DNA of 42,620 bases from Candidatus Methylomirabilia bacterium. Lineage in GTDB: Bacteria; Methylomirabilota; Methylomirabilia; Rokubacteriales; CSP1-6. The DNA lies in assembly GCA_046758965.1 (NCBI GenBank), contig JBHIBG010000014.1:1-42620 (forward strand), written 5' to 3'. The translations under genes and the position numbers were made by a program. The notes beneath the pieces were generated by a model. It was not told where the DNA came from and did not search any database. It worked only from the letters and a program-made list of their open reading frames with translations. Below are positions 31,504-40,070 of this stretch, one piece after another (position 1 is the stretch's first letter; each line of letters opens with the position of its first letter).

Positions 31504-32534
31504 CGAGGCCCTCGCCTGGCAGACAGCTCGTGGACCATCTCCACGAGCGCGACCGCATGCTCCACCGGGGTCTCGGGCAGAACGCCGTGGCCCAGGTTGA
31601 AGATGTGGCCGGGGCGGCTGGCTGCGCGCTCGAGGATGATCTCCACCTGCCGGCGAATCTCTGACGGTTTGGCGAGGAGCACCGCGGGATCGAGGTTCCC
31701 CTGGACCGCGACGTCGTAGCCCACGCGCTTCCAGGCCTCTGCCAGGTCCACGCGCCAGTCGAGTCCGATGACGTCGCCCCCCGCCTCGCGCAGCAGCTCG
31801 AGCAGGCCTCCTGTCCCCGTGCCGAAGTGGATGACCGGGACCCCCCGCGGGAGCCCCTGGATCACCGCTCGCGTATAGGGGAGCACATCGGCGCGATAGT
31901 CTTCCGGGGAGAGAGTCCCCACCCAGGAGTCGAAGAGCTGGACAGCCTCGCACCCCGCCTCGATCTGACCCGTGAGGTACCTAGTGGTGATCGCCGTCAA
32001 CTTCTCCATCAGCGCTCGCCAGCTCTCAGGCTCATCGTGAATCAGGCGCTTGGTGTTGAGGTACTCGCGCGAAGGTCCGCCCTCGATGAGATACGAGGCC
32101 AGCGTGAACGGGGCCCCGGCGAAGCCGATCAGCGGCAGGCGCCCGTCCAAGGCCCGCTGCACCATCCGGACCGCTTCGAACACGAAGGGGACTGCGGCCT
32201 CGACGTCCACCTCCTGAAGCCGCTCGAGGTCTGCCCCGCTCCTGACAGGCCGGTGGATGATCGGTCCCTCGCCCTTGGCAAACTCGAGCCCCACCCCCAG
32301 CGGCTCCAGCGGCAGCAGGATGTCGGCGAAGATGATGGCGGCGTCTACCCCGAGCCGCTCGACCGGAAGCAGCGTGACCTCGGCCGCCGCTTCGGGATTC
32401 TTGCAGAGCTCGAGGAAGCTGTAGCGGGCCCGGAGCGTTCGATACTCGCGCATGTAGCGTCCGGCCTGGCGCATCAGCCAGACCGGGGTGACATCCGTGG
32501 GCTCTCGGCGGCAGGCGTTGAGCAATCGATGCAT
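31500..32534 (-). CDS. hemE: Uroporphyrinogen decarboxylase
   Basis: PVWLMRQAGRY, IFADIL, IGFAGAPFTL, QGNLDP and IFNLGHG motifs. Confidence 0.98.
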   Translation of the reverse strand: MHRLLNACRREPTDVTPVWLMRQAGRYMREYRTLRARYSFLELCKNPEAAAEVTLLPVERLGVDAAIIFADILLPLEPLGVGLEFAKGEGPIIHRPVRSGADLERLQEVDVEAAVPFVFEAVRMVQRALDGRLPLIGFAGAPFTLASYLIEGGPSREYLNTKRLIHDEPESWRALMEKLTAITTRYLTGQIEAGCEAVQLFDSWVGTLSPEDYRADVLPYTRAVIQGLPRGVPVIHFGTGTGGLLELLREAGGDVIGLDWRVDLAEAWKRVGYDVAVQGNLDPAVLLAKPSEIRRQVEIILERAASRPGHIFNLGHGVLPETPVEHAVALVEMVHELSARRGPR

Positions 32535-32542
32535 ACTACGCG

Positions 32543-32571
32543 AGCGTAGCCCCCGTACCTGTCTCAGTCAA
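32543..32571 (-). promoter_or_regulatory. Putative sigma70 promoter of hemE-hemH-hemY
   Basis: Minus strand TTGACT-N17-TACGCT, ending 8 nt before the hemE ATG. Confidence 0.55.
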
Positions 32572-32642
32572 GGAACGGCCGCCCAGTGGGTGGCACCGGC
32601 TCACCCTCCGCCCGCCCGGAGCAGGGTCCCCACGCCGCAGGA

Positions 32643-32671
32643 TTGCGATGGCCAAGCTAGCCGGGTATGAT
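32643..32671 (+). promoter_or_regulatory. Putative sigma70 promoter of the catabolic cluster
   Basis: TTGCGA-N17-TATGAT, followed by a GGAGG SD and ATG 32692. Confidence 0.6.
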
Positions 32672-32691
32672 GCGCCCACGGAGGGACATCC

Positions 32692-34365
32692 ATGCCGATC
32701 ATCTCAGGCAAGCAGGCGCTCCTCGAGATTCTCAAGCAAGAGGGCGCGGAGGTTCTGTTCGGCAACCCTGGCACCACCGAGCTGCCCCTGATGGACGCCC
32801 TGGCGCGTGAGCGAGGGATCCACTACATTCTGGCCCTCCAGGAAGCTGTCGCTGTCGCGATGGCCGACGGCTACGCTCAGGCCAGCGGCCAGCTCGCCGT
32901 GCTCAACGTACACGTCTCCCCCGGTCTCGGCAACGCCATGGGGATGCTCTACAACGCCTGGAGGGCCGGCTCCCCGCTCCTGCTCACTGCGGGGCAGCAC
33001 GACCAATCCTTCACCATCACCGAGCCCGCCCTCTGGTCCGACCTCCCACCCGTGGCCCGCCCGTATGTGAAGTGGGCCTTCGAGGTCCACCGCCTGGATG
33101 AGCTGCCGCGGGCTGTTCACAGGGGCGCCAAGGTCGCGCTGACTCCCCCGACAGGGCCCGTGTTCCTCTCCCTTCCGGTGGACGTCCTGAATGCCGAGGG
33201 AACCCTCGAGCTGGGCGAGCCCACGCGCGTGGATCATCGAGTCCGAGGCTCCCGCGAGGCTCTGGAACGTGCCGCTGACCTCCTGGTTCAGGCGAAGCGT
33301 CCGATCCTGCTGGCGGGAGACGCGGTCGCTCAGAGCGATGCGTTGGCCGAGCTCCAGGAGGTGGCGGAGATCCTCGGCACGCCGGTCTATCTGGAGGGAT
33401 GGGCCAACCGCTGCGCCTTCCCCTTCACCCACCCGCTCTACCGGGGCGCCATTCTGCGCCTGGCTCCCCAGCTTCGCGCCCTGCTCCTCGAGCACGACCT
33501 CCTCTTCTCGGTCGGCGGCGACCTCCTCACGCTCTCGCTCCCCTCGGACACCGAGCCCATGCCCGAGGGCCTCCCGATCGTCCATCTCGACGTGGACGCG
33601 TGGGAGATCGGCAAGAACTACCCGGCAAGGGTCGCCATCGTGGGCGACCCCAAGATGACGCTCCCCGATCTGGCAGAGGCGCTCCGCCAGCGCTTCAAGG
33701 ACGGCCGCCATCCCGAGGCCCAGCTCCGGCTCGATGAGTCGCGCCAGAGGCGAGAGCGGGAGATCGCTGAGCTCAAAGCGCGCGCCCAGGCCGAGAGCGA
33801 CCGGGTGCCCATAACCCCGCTGGCCCTGGTTCACGCCATCGCCGAGGCGTTGCCTCCGGAGGCCGTGGTGGTGGACGAGAGCATCTCCTCCGGCCGCGGC
33901 CTCAGGACTCTCCTCCGCTGCCAGGACTCCCGGAGCTTCTTCGGCATCCGGGGCGGCGGCATCGGGTGGGGGCTCCCCGCCACGGTAGGCGTCAAGCTCG
34001 CGCTCCCCCACCGGCCGGTGGTCGGGCTGATCGGAGACGGGAGCGCGATGTACACCAACCAGGCCCTCTGGACAGGAGCTCGCGAAGGGCTGGGGGTGGT
34101 GTTCGTCATCCTGAACAACCGGAGCTACCGGATCCTCAAGCAGCGGATCCAGCACCTCAAGGGGTGGGCCTCCCAAGATGATGTCTACGTGGGGATGGAG
34201 CTCGACAACCCGCTGATTGACTTTGTCGGGCTCGCCAAGTCGCTCGGCGTCCCCGGAGAGCGCCTGGAGAAGTGCCGGGAAGTCGGGCCAGCGCTGGCCC
34301 GAGGCCTGGCCTCAGGCGGCCCCTATCTCCTCGATGTCCAGCTCGACGCCAGCTTCAAATCCTAG
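32692..34365 (+). CDS. ThDP-dependent enzyme, benzoylformate decarboxylase-like
   Basis: FGNPGTTEL, LQEAVAVAMADGY and GGGIGWG motifs; GDGS...NN ThDP-binding motif. Confidence 0.9.
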   Translation: MPIISGKQALLEILKQEGAEVLFGNPGTTELPLMDALARERGIHYILALQEAVAVAMADGYAQASGQLAVLNVHVSPGLGNAMGMLYNAWRAGSPLLLTAGQHDQSFTITEPALWSDLPPVARPYVKWAFEVHRLDELPRAVHRGAKVALTPPTGPVFLSLPVDVLNAEGTLELGEPTRVDHRVRGSREALERAADLLVQAKRPILLAGDAVAQSDALAELQEVAEILGTPVYLEGWANRCAFPFTHPLYRGAILRLAPQLRALLLEHDLLFSVGGDLLTLSLPSDTEPMPEGLPIVHLDVDAWEIGKNYPARVAIVGDPKMTLPDLAEALRQRFKDGRHPEAQLRLDESRQRREREIAELKARAQAESDRVPITPLALVHAIAEALPPEAVVVDESISSGRGLRTLLRCQDSRSFFGIRGGGIGWGLPATVGVKLALPHRPVVGLIGDGSAMYTNQALWTGAREGLGVVFVILNNRSYRILKQRIQHLKGWASQDDVYVGMELDNPLIDFVGLAKSLGVPGERLEKCREVGPALARGLASGGPYLLDVQLDASFKS

Positions 34366-34373
34366 CACTGGCT

Positions 34374-35144
34374 GTGGCTGAACGGCTCAACGGGAAGGTC
34401 GCGATCGTCACGGGCGCGGGCTCGCGCGGCCCGGGTATGGGAAACGGCAAAGCTGCTGCGATCCTCTTCGCCCGCGAGGGCGCGCAGGTGCTCTCGGTGG
34501 ATCAGGTGATCGAGCGCGCCGAGGAGACGTGCACCGTGATCCGCTCCGAGGGCGGCGAGGCCTCGGTCTTCCAGGCCGACGTGACCCGGCCCGCCGACTG
34601 CGTGCGGATGGTCGCGACGGCAGTCGAGCGCTACGGCCGGCTCGACATCCTTCACAACAACGTGGGGATCGAGTCGCGGAGAGGAATATTGGAGGTCTCC
34701 GAGGAGGAGTGGGACCGCGTGATGACGGTCGACCTCAAGAGCATGATGCTGACCTGCCAGGCCGCCATCCCGCGCCTGGTCGAGGCCGGGGGCGGCTCGA
34801 TCATCAACGTCTCCTCGGTGGCTGGCCTCAGGGCCCATGGCCGCACGGCATACGCCGCGGCCAAAACCGGGGTGATCGGCCTGACGATCTCGCTGGCCGG
34901 GCAGCTCGCGAAGGAGCGGATTCGAGTCAACGCGATCGCCCCGGGAATGGTCTACACTCCCATGGTCGCCGAAGGCATGTCCCAGGATCTGCGCGAGCGG
35001 CGGCGGCTGGCCGCGCTGCTCCAGGACGAGGGGACAGCGTGGGACGTGGGCTGGGCCGCCGTCTACCTGGCCTCGGACGAGTCGCGCTGGGTCACCGGCC
35101 AGGTGCTGGTCGTTGACGGCGGGCTATCGATCACCACCCGATAA
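34374..35144 (+). CDS. Short-chain dehydrogenase/reductase
   Basis: VTGAG..G.GNG, NNVG, SS, YAAAK and RVNAIAPG motifs; probable GTG start at 34374. Confidence 0.92.
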   Translation: MAERLNGKVAIVTGAGSRGPGMGNGKAAAILFAREGAQVLSVDQVIERAEETCTVIRSEGGEASVFQADVTRPADCVRMVATAVERYGRLDILHNNVGIESRRGILEVSEEEWDRVMTVDLKSMMLTCQAAIPRLVEAGGGSIINVSSVAGLRAHGRTAYAAAKTGVIGLTISLAGQLAKERIRVNAIAPGMVYTPMVAEGMSQDLRERRRLAALLQDEGTAWDVGWAAVYLASDESRWVTGQVLVVDGGLSITTR

Positions 35145-35159
35145 ACTGAGGACAGAACC

Positions 35160-36110
35160 ATGACCATGAGCTTCGGCCTTCACGCGGGCCAGCAGAACGT
35201 GACGCTCCAAGAACTCAGACGCCTCTGGAAGTTCGCGGACCAGTCGGGCTTCGACTGGGTCTCGGGGTGGGACCACTTCCAGGAGACTCCGCCCAAAGAT
35301 CACAACGGTGACTGCTTCGAGTCGGTCACGACCATGGCGCTCCTCGCTGCCGACACCCGGCAGGTCCGCGTCGGATGCCTGGTATTCTCCATCAACTACC
35401 GCCACCCGGCGGTCCTGGCCAACGCGCTCGTCACCATCGACCACATCTCGAACGGCCGGATGGAGTGCGGGCTCGGCGCCGGCTGGCACGAGGTCGAATA
35501 CCGAGGCTACGGGATCCCTTTCGAGCCCATAAGGATTCGTCAAGACCAGCTCGAGGAAGGCGTCCAGGTCATCCGGCTCCTCTTCACTCAGGAAGCGGCG
35601 GACTTCGAAGGGAAGTACTTCAAGCTCAATCAGGCCCGCTGCAACCCCAAGCCTGTCCAGAAATCTCCACGCATCTGGATCGGAGGGTTAGGCGAGAGAC
35701 GAACACTGAGGACTGCCGCCAAGCACGCCGACGGCTGGAATGCCCCATATATCTCCGCGGAGGAGTTCTCCCGGAAGAGCGGGATCCTGGACGACTGGTG
35801 CGCCAAGGAGAGGCGCGATCCCGCCTCCGTGCTCCGCAGCGTGAACGTCGGCTTTTACATGGGAGCCACGGAAGCCACGGCCGCACGGCACGCCGAGGAG
35901 ATGCGGGCCGACTGGGGCGCGCTCTTAGAGCAACGCCAGGGCTTTTTCACGGGGACGCCAGGCCAGGTCATTGAGCAGGTCGCCGCGTATCAGAAGGCCG
36001 GCGCGGCCCGCCTCAACATCGGCGTACGCGCTCCCTACGACTGGGACGCGCTCCACGCCTTCGTCGAGGAGGTTCTTCCCGCGTTCGGCGTGAAGCCCCG
36101 ACCTAAATGA
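35160..36110 (+). CDS. LLM-class (luciferase-like, probably F420-dependent) oxidoreductase
   Basis: WDHF, YRHPAVLA, DHISNGR..GLGAGW and PKPVQ..PRIWIGG motifs. Confidence 0.9.
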   Translation: MTMSFGLHAGQQNVTLQELRRLWKFADQSGFDWVSGWDHFQETPPKDHNGDCFESVTTMALLAADTRQVRVGCLVFSINYRHPAVLANALVTIDHISNGRMECGLGAGWHEVEYRGYGIPFEPIRIRQDQLEEGVQVIRLLFTQEAADFEGKYFKLNQARCNPKPVQKSPRIWIGGLGERRTLRTAAKHADGWNAPYISAEEFSRKSGILDDWCAKERRDPASVLRSVNVGFYMGATEATAARHAEEMRADWGALLEQRQGFFTGTPGQVIEQVAAYQKAGAARLNIGVRAPYDWDALHAFVEEVLPAFGVKPRPK

Positions 36111-37168
36111 GGCTCACACGGCGGACGTTCCTGACTCTGGCGGGGCTGGGCGCACTCGGGATCACTACCCCGGCCTGCCGCCGGATGCTCTGGCAGATCC
36201 TGTTCTCTCCCGAGGCGACTCCCTCTCCCCCTCCCGTTCCGGCCTCAAACCCGTTCAAGAGCGCGGGCAAGAGCCTGGTAGCCATGGTCCACGGTAAAGA
36301 CGTGGAGGCCACAGTGCGCCGGGCTGTGGAGCTGATCGGCGGGATCGAGCGGCTCGGCCTCAGAGGACGGCGCACGCTGCTCAAACCCAACGTTGTCTCG
36401 GGCGAGCCTCCACCGGCGACGACCGACCCCCGAGTCGTGAGGGCCGTGGCGCGGCTGGCCCGGGAGGCCGGGGTCTCGAGCCTGGCCATCGGCGATATGT
36501 CAGCGCTGCGGGCGCTCCCCACGCGCCCGAACCTCGAGGAGACCGGGATCGCAGAGGCCGCGGCAGAGGCCAACGCCGAGCTCCTCGCCTTCGACGAGGG
36601 GGAGTGGGTGGAGGTGGAGCCACCCGGCGCCGAGTTCGCCACCCGGGTGTATGTGGCCAAACCCGCCTACGAGGCCGAGCGGCTTCTGAGCATCCCGGTG
36701 ATCAAGACCCACCGCAACGCCAGCTTCAGCTGCGCGCTGAAGAACACCGTCGGGTGTGTCCACGGGAAGAACAAGCCGTGGGGCTACGGCTCGGCAGCGT
36801 GGGAGCCGGTTGTGGCCGAGCTGAATCTGGCTGTCCGCCCTCACTTCTTTGTGGTGGACGGGCTTCGGAGCATGGTGATGGGCGGCCCGTGGTCCGGAAA
36901 AGCAGCGCCGACCGACGTGATCCTCGCAAGCGGCGACCCGATCGCCACGGATGTGATCGCGCTCGGGGTGATCAAGGCCTTCGGGCGGTGGGAGCCGGTG
37001 ACGACAAAGGGCATCTGGGAGCAGACGCAAATCCGCAGGGCGATCGCCCTCGGGTTGGGCGCGGAGGGACCCGAGGAGGTGGAGCTGCTGGTTGACGATC
37101 TGACCGGGGCTGACTCAGAGTTCATCCGGCTGGTCAACGCCATCCGACGCGACGCGGGCCTGAGCTAG
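36107..37168 (+). CDS. DUF362 domain protein with Tat signal
   Basis: TRRTFL twin-arginine motif; LLKPN, TTDP, KTH...ALKN..G and DPIATD motifs. Confidence 0.85.
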   Translation: MRLTRRTFLTLAGLGALGITTPACRRMLWQILFSPEATPSPPPVPASNPFKSAGKSLVAMVHGKDVEATVRRAVELIGGIERLGLRGRRTLLKPNVVSGEPPPATTDPRVVRAVARLAREAGVSSLAIGDMSALRALPTRPNLEETGIAEAAAEANAELLAFDEGEWVEVEPPGAEFATRVYVAKPAYEAERLLSIPVIKTHRNASFSCALKNTVGCVHGKNKPWGYGSAAWEPVVAELNLAVRPHFFVVDGLRSMVMGGPWSGKAAPTDVILASGDPIATDVIALGVIKAFGRWEPVTTKGIWEQTQIRRAIALGLGAEGPEEVELLVDDLTGADSEFIRLVNAIRRDAGLS

Positions 37169-37173
37169 CCCCC

Positions 37174-37325
37174 TCACGAAACAGTTGCCGGGGATTGCGC
37201 CAGGGCCAGCGGGTCCTGTCACGGCGGGCAGCCCCCGCCGTCCTCGCACCCCGCCCGGTGTGGGGACCCCGCTGCGGGCGGCGGGGGCGCCCCGCCCGCC
37301 GCGCCACCCGCTGGCCTCCGTGAGA
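37174..37325. repeat. GC-rich nested palindrome downstream of the DUF362 gene
   Basis: CTCACG/CGTGAG outer pair, GGCCAGCGGGT/ACCCGCTGGCC 11-bp inverted repeat, plus internal hairpins. Confidence 0.5.
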
Positions 37326-37428
37326 TCCTCGACTCGGTGCTTCTTGATCGACGCCTCGGGTCCGGGGCCGCCTACCGCACCTGCCCGAACCCTGGTACAA
37401 TTCGAGGAGACCAAAGTCACGACTTGCC

Positions 37429-37929
37429 ATGTTCGAGCGATCCCACGACTCTGAATTCCTGAAGAGCATCTTCGACCAGACCCAGGTCCTGCGAAAGCCG
37501 ATTTCGGGGATCATCGCCGGCTACCATGCCCTCCCGTACATCCTGGTGGGGCCTCAAGAGGAGCAGCCCCGGCGTTCGGTAGAGATCCGGGGAAAGATCC
37601 GCGTCTCTCCCAAGCTGATCGTCTCCCCGAGCCACCACGGCCAGACCTACGGCGAGCTCTTCAAGGATCCCGAGGTCATGGACCACGCCCTCGTGGCCCG
37701 CGTGTTCAGCTTCCTCTACGCCTCCCGCCCCCAGGTCATGCTGGAGAGCGACGAGTTCAGGATCGCGAAGAGCGAGCGGGAGCCTCGGGCGCAGCTCAAC
37801 CTGGCCCTGGACGACCTGTTGCGCAAGGAGGTGATCAACACCGGGGTCATCTTCTGCCCGCGCGTGAAGTTCTATCCTGTCTCGATCGAGCGGTTCATTC
37901 TGGAAATCCTCGAGGCGGAGTTCAGCTAA
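37429..37929 (+). CDS. Hypothetical protein (166 aa)
   Basis: Protein-like composition and GC3-rich codons; TGG-TACAAT extended -10 upstream (~37393..37401); no family recognised. Confidence 0.8.
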   Translation: MFERSHDSEFLKSIFDQTQVLRKPISGIIAGYHALPYILVGPQEEQPRRSVEIRGKIRVSPKLIVSPSHHGQTYGELFKDPEVMDHALVARVFSFLYASRPQVMLESDEFRIAKSEREPRAQLNLALDDLLRKEVINTGVIFCPRVKFYPVSIERFILEILEAEFS

Positions 37930-37977
37930 GGACCGGTGGATGACCCGCCCACTCGAAGGCGGCGGGGGCTCAAGCGC

Positions 37978-39171
37978 ATGACCGATCCGCTGCACGGCAT
38001 TCTGGTCGCGGACCTCTCCCAGAACGTGGCGGGACCCTTTTGCACGCAGATTCTGGGCGACATGGGGGCAGAGGTCATCAAGGTGGAGCCGCCGGGGCGA
38101 GGGGACGATGCCCGGGCCTGGGCCCCACCCTTCTGGGGAGAGGAAAGCTCAGCCTTCATCTCCATGAACCGGAACAAGCGGAGCCTGGCCGTGGACATCA
38201 AGACCCCTGCCGGGCAGGAGGTGCTGGGGCGGCTTCTGTCCCGCGCTGACGTGCTTGTCCAGTCCTTCCGGGCCGGCGTGATGGAGTCCCTCGGCCTCGG
38301 CTACGAGCAGGTCCGCACGCTCAACCCGTCCCTCGTCTACTGCTCGGTCACCGCGTACGGTCCGACCGGCCCGCTCAAGGACCTTCCCGGCTACGACGCG
38401 CTGATGCAGGCCTACGGCGGGCTCATCTCAGTCAACGGCCACCCGGGGCAGCCGCCGGCGCGGGTGGGGACTTCCATCGTGGATATGGGCACCGGCATGT
38501 GGGCCGCCCTCGGCATCCTCGGAGCGCTCCGACAGCGGGATCAGACCGGTCAAGGCGGCCACGTTGTCACGGCGCTCTTCGACAGCGCGCTCATGTGGGT
38601 CTCCTACCAGATGATGGGCTACTTTGCCTCGGGCGAGCTCCCGGCGCCACAGGGGTCAAGGACCGCGATGATCGCCCCCTACGAGGCCTTCCCCACCTCT
38701 GACGGCTACCTGATGATCGCGGCAGGGAGCAATGCGCTCTTCGCCCGCGCCTGCGAGGCCCTCGGGATCGCGGAGGCCGCGCAAGACCCCCGCTTTTCCG
38801 ACAACCCGAGCCGGGTCAGGAATCAGAAGGCGCTCTTCGACGTGATCTCCGGAGTCACGCACCGCCGAACCGCCCAGGCCCTCCAGGAGCGCCTTCGGGC
38901 CGCGGGAGTGCCGTGCGCTCAGATCCTCACCATCGACCGGGTCGCCGTCGAGCCTCAGACCCAAGCCAGCGGGATGCTCCTCACTGCGCCTCACCCACGG
39001 ATCCCCGACTACCGGAGCGTCGGACTTCCAATCCGATGGGACGGCGAGCGTCCCGGGATCAGGCAGGTGCCGCCCCTTCTCGGCGAGCACACCGTCGAGG
39101 TGCTGGGCGAGCTGGCATACAGCGCTCCCGAGATCGACCGCCTCGAGCGCGATAAAGTGATTCAACGGTGA
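37978..39171 (+). CDS. Family III (CaiB/BaiF) CoA transferase
   Basis: DLSQNVAGP, LGDMGAEVIKVEPP, NRNKRS, GYD..MQA and PPLLGEHT motifs. Confidence 0.95.
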   Translation: MTDPLHGILVADLSQNVAGPFCTQILGDMGAEVIKVEPPGRGDDARAWAPPFWGEESSAFISMNRNKRSLAVDIKTPAGQEVLGRLLSRADVLVQSFRAGVMESLGLGYEQVRTLNPSLVYCSVTAYGPTGPLKDLPGYDALMQAYGGLISVNGHPGQPPARVGTSIVDMGTGMWAALGILGALRQRDQTGQGGHVVTALFDSALMWVSYQMMGYFASGELPAPQGSRTAMIAPYEAFPTSDGYLMIAAGSNALFARACEALGIAEAAQDPRFSDNPSRVRNQKALFDVISGVTHRRTAQALQERLRAAGVPCAQILTIDRVAVEPQTQASGMLLTAPHPRIPDYRSVGLPIRWDGERPGIRQVPPLLGEHTVEVLGELAYSAPEIDRLERDKVIQR

Positions 39172-39971
39172 TGGCGGTCGAGCGGAATTACACCACGCTG
39201 CACGTGAGCCGGTCGGAGGACTGCTACGTGGTGACGGTGGAGCTCAACCGGCCCGAGGCCCTGAACGCCATGAACACCGCCATGGGTGAAGACCTCCTGG
39301 CCTGCTTCGAGGCGCTCTTCTGGGACGCCACCGCGCGCGCCGTGGTCCTGACGGGCGCCGGAGAGAAGGCGTTCTCCGTCGGCGGTGACCTCAAGGAGCG
39401 GGAGGGGATGACCGACGAGGCCTGGCGCGCCCAGCACGTCGTCTTCGAGCAGGCGGCGTTCAGACTCCTCCGCTGTCCGGTTCCGGTGATCGCGGCAGTC
39501 GAGGGCTTTGCCCTGGGCGGCGGCTGCGAACTCGCGGTACTCTCCGACTTCGTGGTCGCGAGCGAGACAGCGGTGTTCGCGGTTCCCGAGGTGACGCGGG
39601 GAATCTTCCCGGGGATCGGAGGGACCCAGCTCCTCCCGCGAATCGTCGGCGCCCCCGTTGCGAAGGAGATGATCTTCACCGGCCGCCGCGTCCCCGCGGA
39701 GGAGGCGAAGGCTGTGGGGCTGGTGAACCACCTGGTCCCGAGAGGACAGGCACGGGTCAAGGCGCTTGAGATCGCCGGAACGATCGCCCAGAACGGGCCG
39801 GTCGCGGTCCGCCAGGCCAAGAAGGCCATTGCGTGGGGGGGTGAGACCGACCTGGAGACCGGCATGGTGCTCGCCATCGAGGCCTACAACAACACCGTCA
39901 CCACCGAGGACCGGCTCGAGGGCGTGCGTGCCTTCAATGAGCGCCGCCCCCCGAGGTTTCGCGGAAAATAG
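39168..39971 (+). CDS. Enoyl-CoA hydratase/isomerase
   Basis: LNRPEALNA, FSVGGDL, ALGGGCEL and PEVTRGIFPG motifs (two catalytic Glu positions). Confidence 0.93.
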   Translation: MMAVERNYTTLHVSRSEDCYVVTVELNRPEALNAMNTAMGEDLLACFEALFWDATARAVVLTGAGEKAFSVGGDLKEREGMTDEAWRAQHVVFEQAAFRLLRCPVPVIAAVEGFALGGGCELAVLSDFVVASETAVFAVPEVTRGIFPGIGGTQLLPRIVGAPVAKEMIFTGRRVPAEEAKAVGLVNHLVPRGQARVKALEIAGTIAQNGPVAVRQAKKAIAWGGETDLETGMVLAIEAYNNTVTTEDRLEGVRAFNERRPPRFRGK

Positions 39972-39989
39972 CCCAGGCCTCACCCCGAG

Positions 39990-40049
39990 TCCCCCTCACC
40001 TTTATCCTCTCCCCGCTGGGGGGAACGCCGGGTGGGAGGGCGAGGGTGA
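39990..40049. repeat. CCCTCACC..CCTCTCCCC-type REP-like palindrome, copy 1
   Basis: TCCCCCTCACCTTTATCCTCTCCCC, nearly identical to 41241..41265, followed by a purine-rich complementary tract. Confidence 0.7.
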
Positions 40050-40070
40050 ATTGGAAGGCGAGGAGCGGGT

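Noticed and set aside
30580..31953. 457-aa ORF-track call with a long N-terminal extension on ferrochelatase (similar extensions on gatC, isochorismatase, rluD, ThiS and SDR)
   Set aside because: The extensions overlap upstream genes or repeats and are low-complexity; downstream starts with coupling or SD signals fit family lengths.
37174..37420. Possible cobalamin or other riboswitch (GCCCCCGC motif)
   Set aside because: The other core elements (GGGAA, ACTG B12 box) are not in the right arrangement, and the downstream gene has its own promoter-like -10 after the structure.
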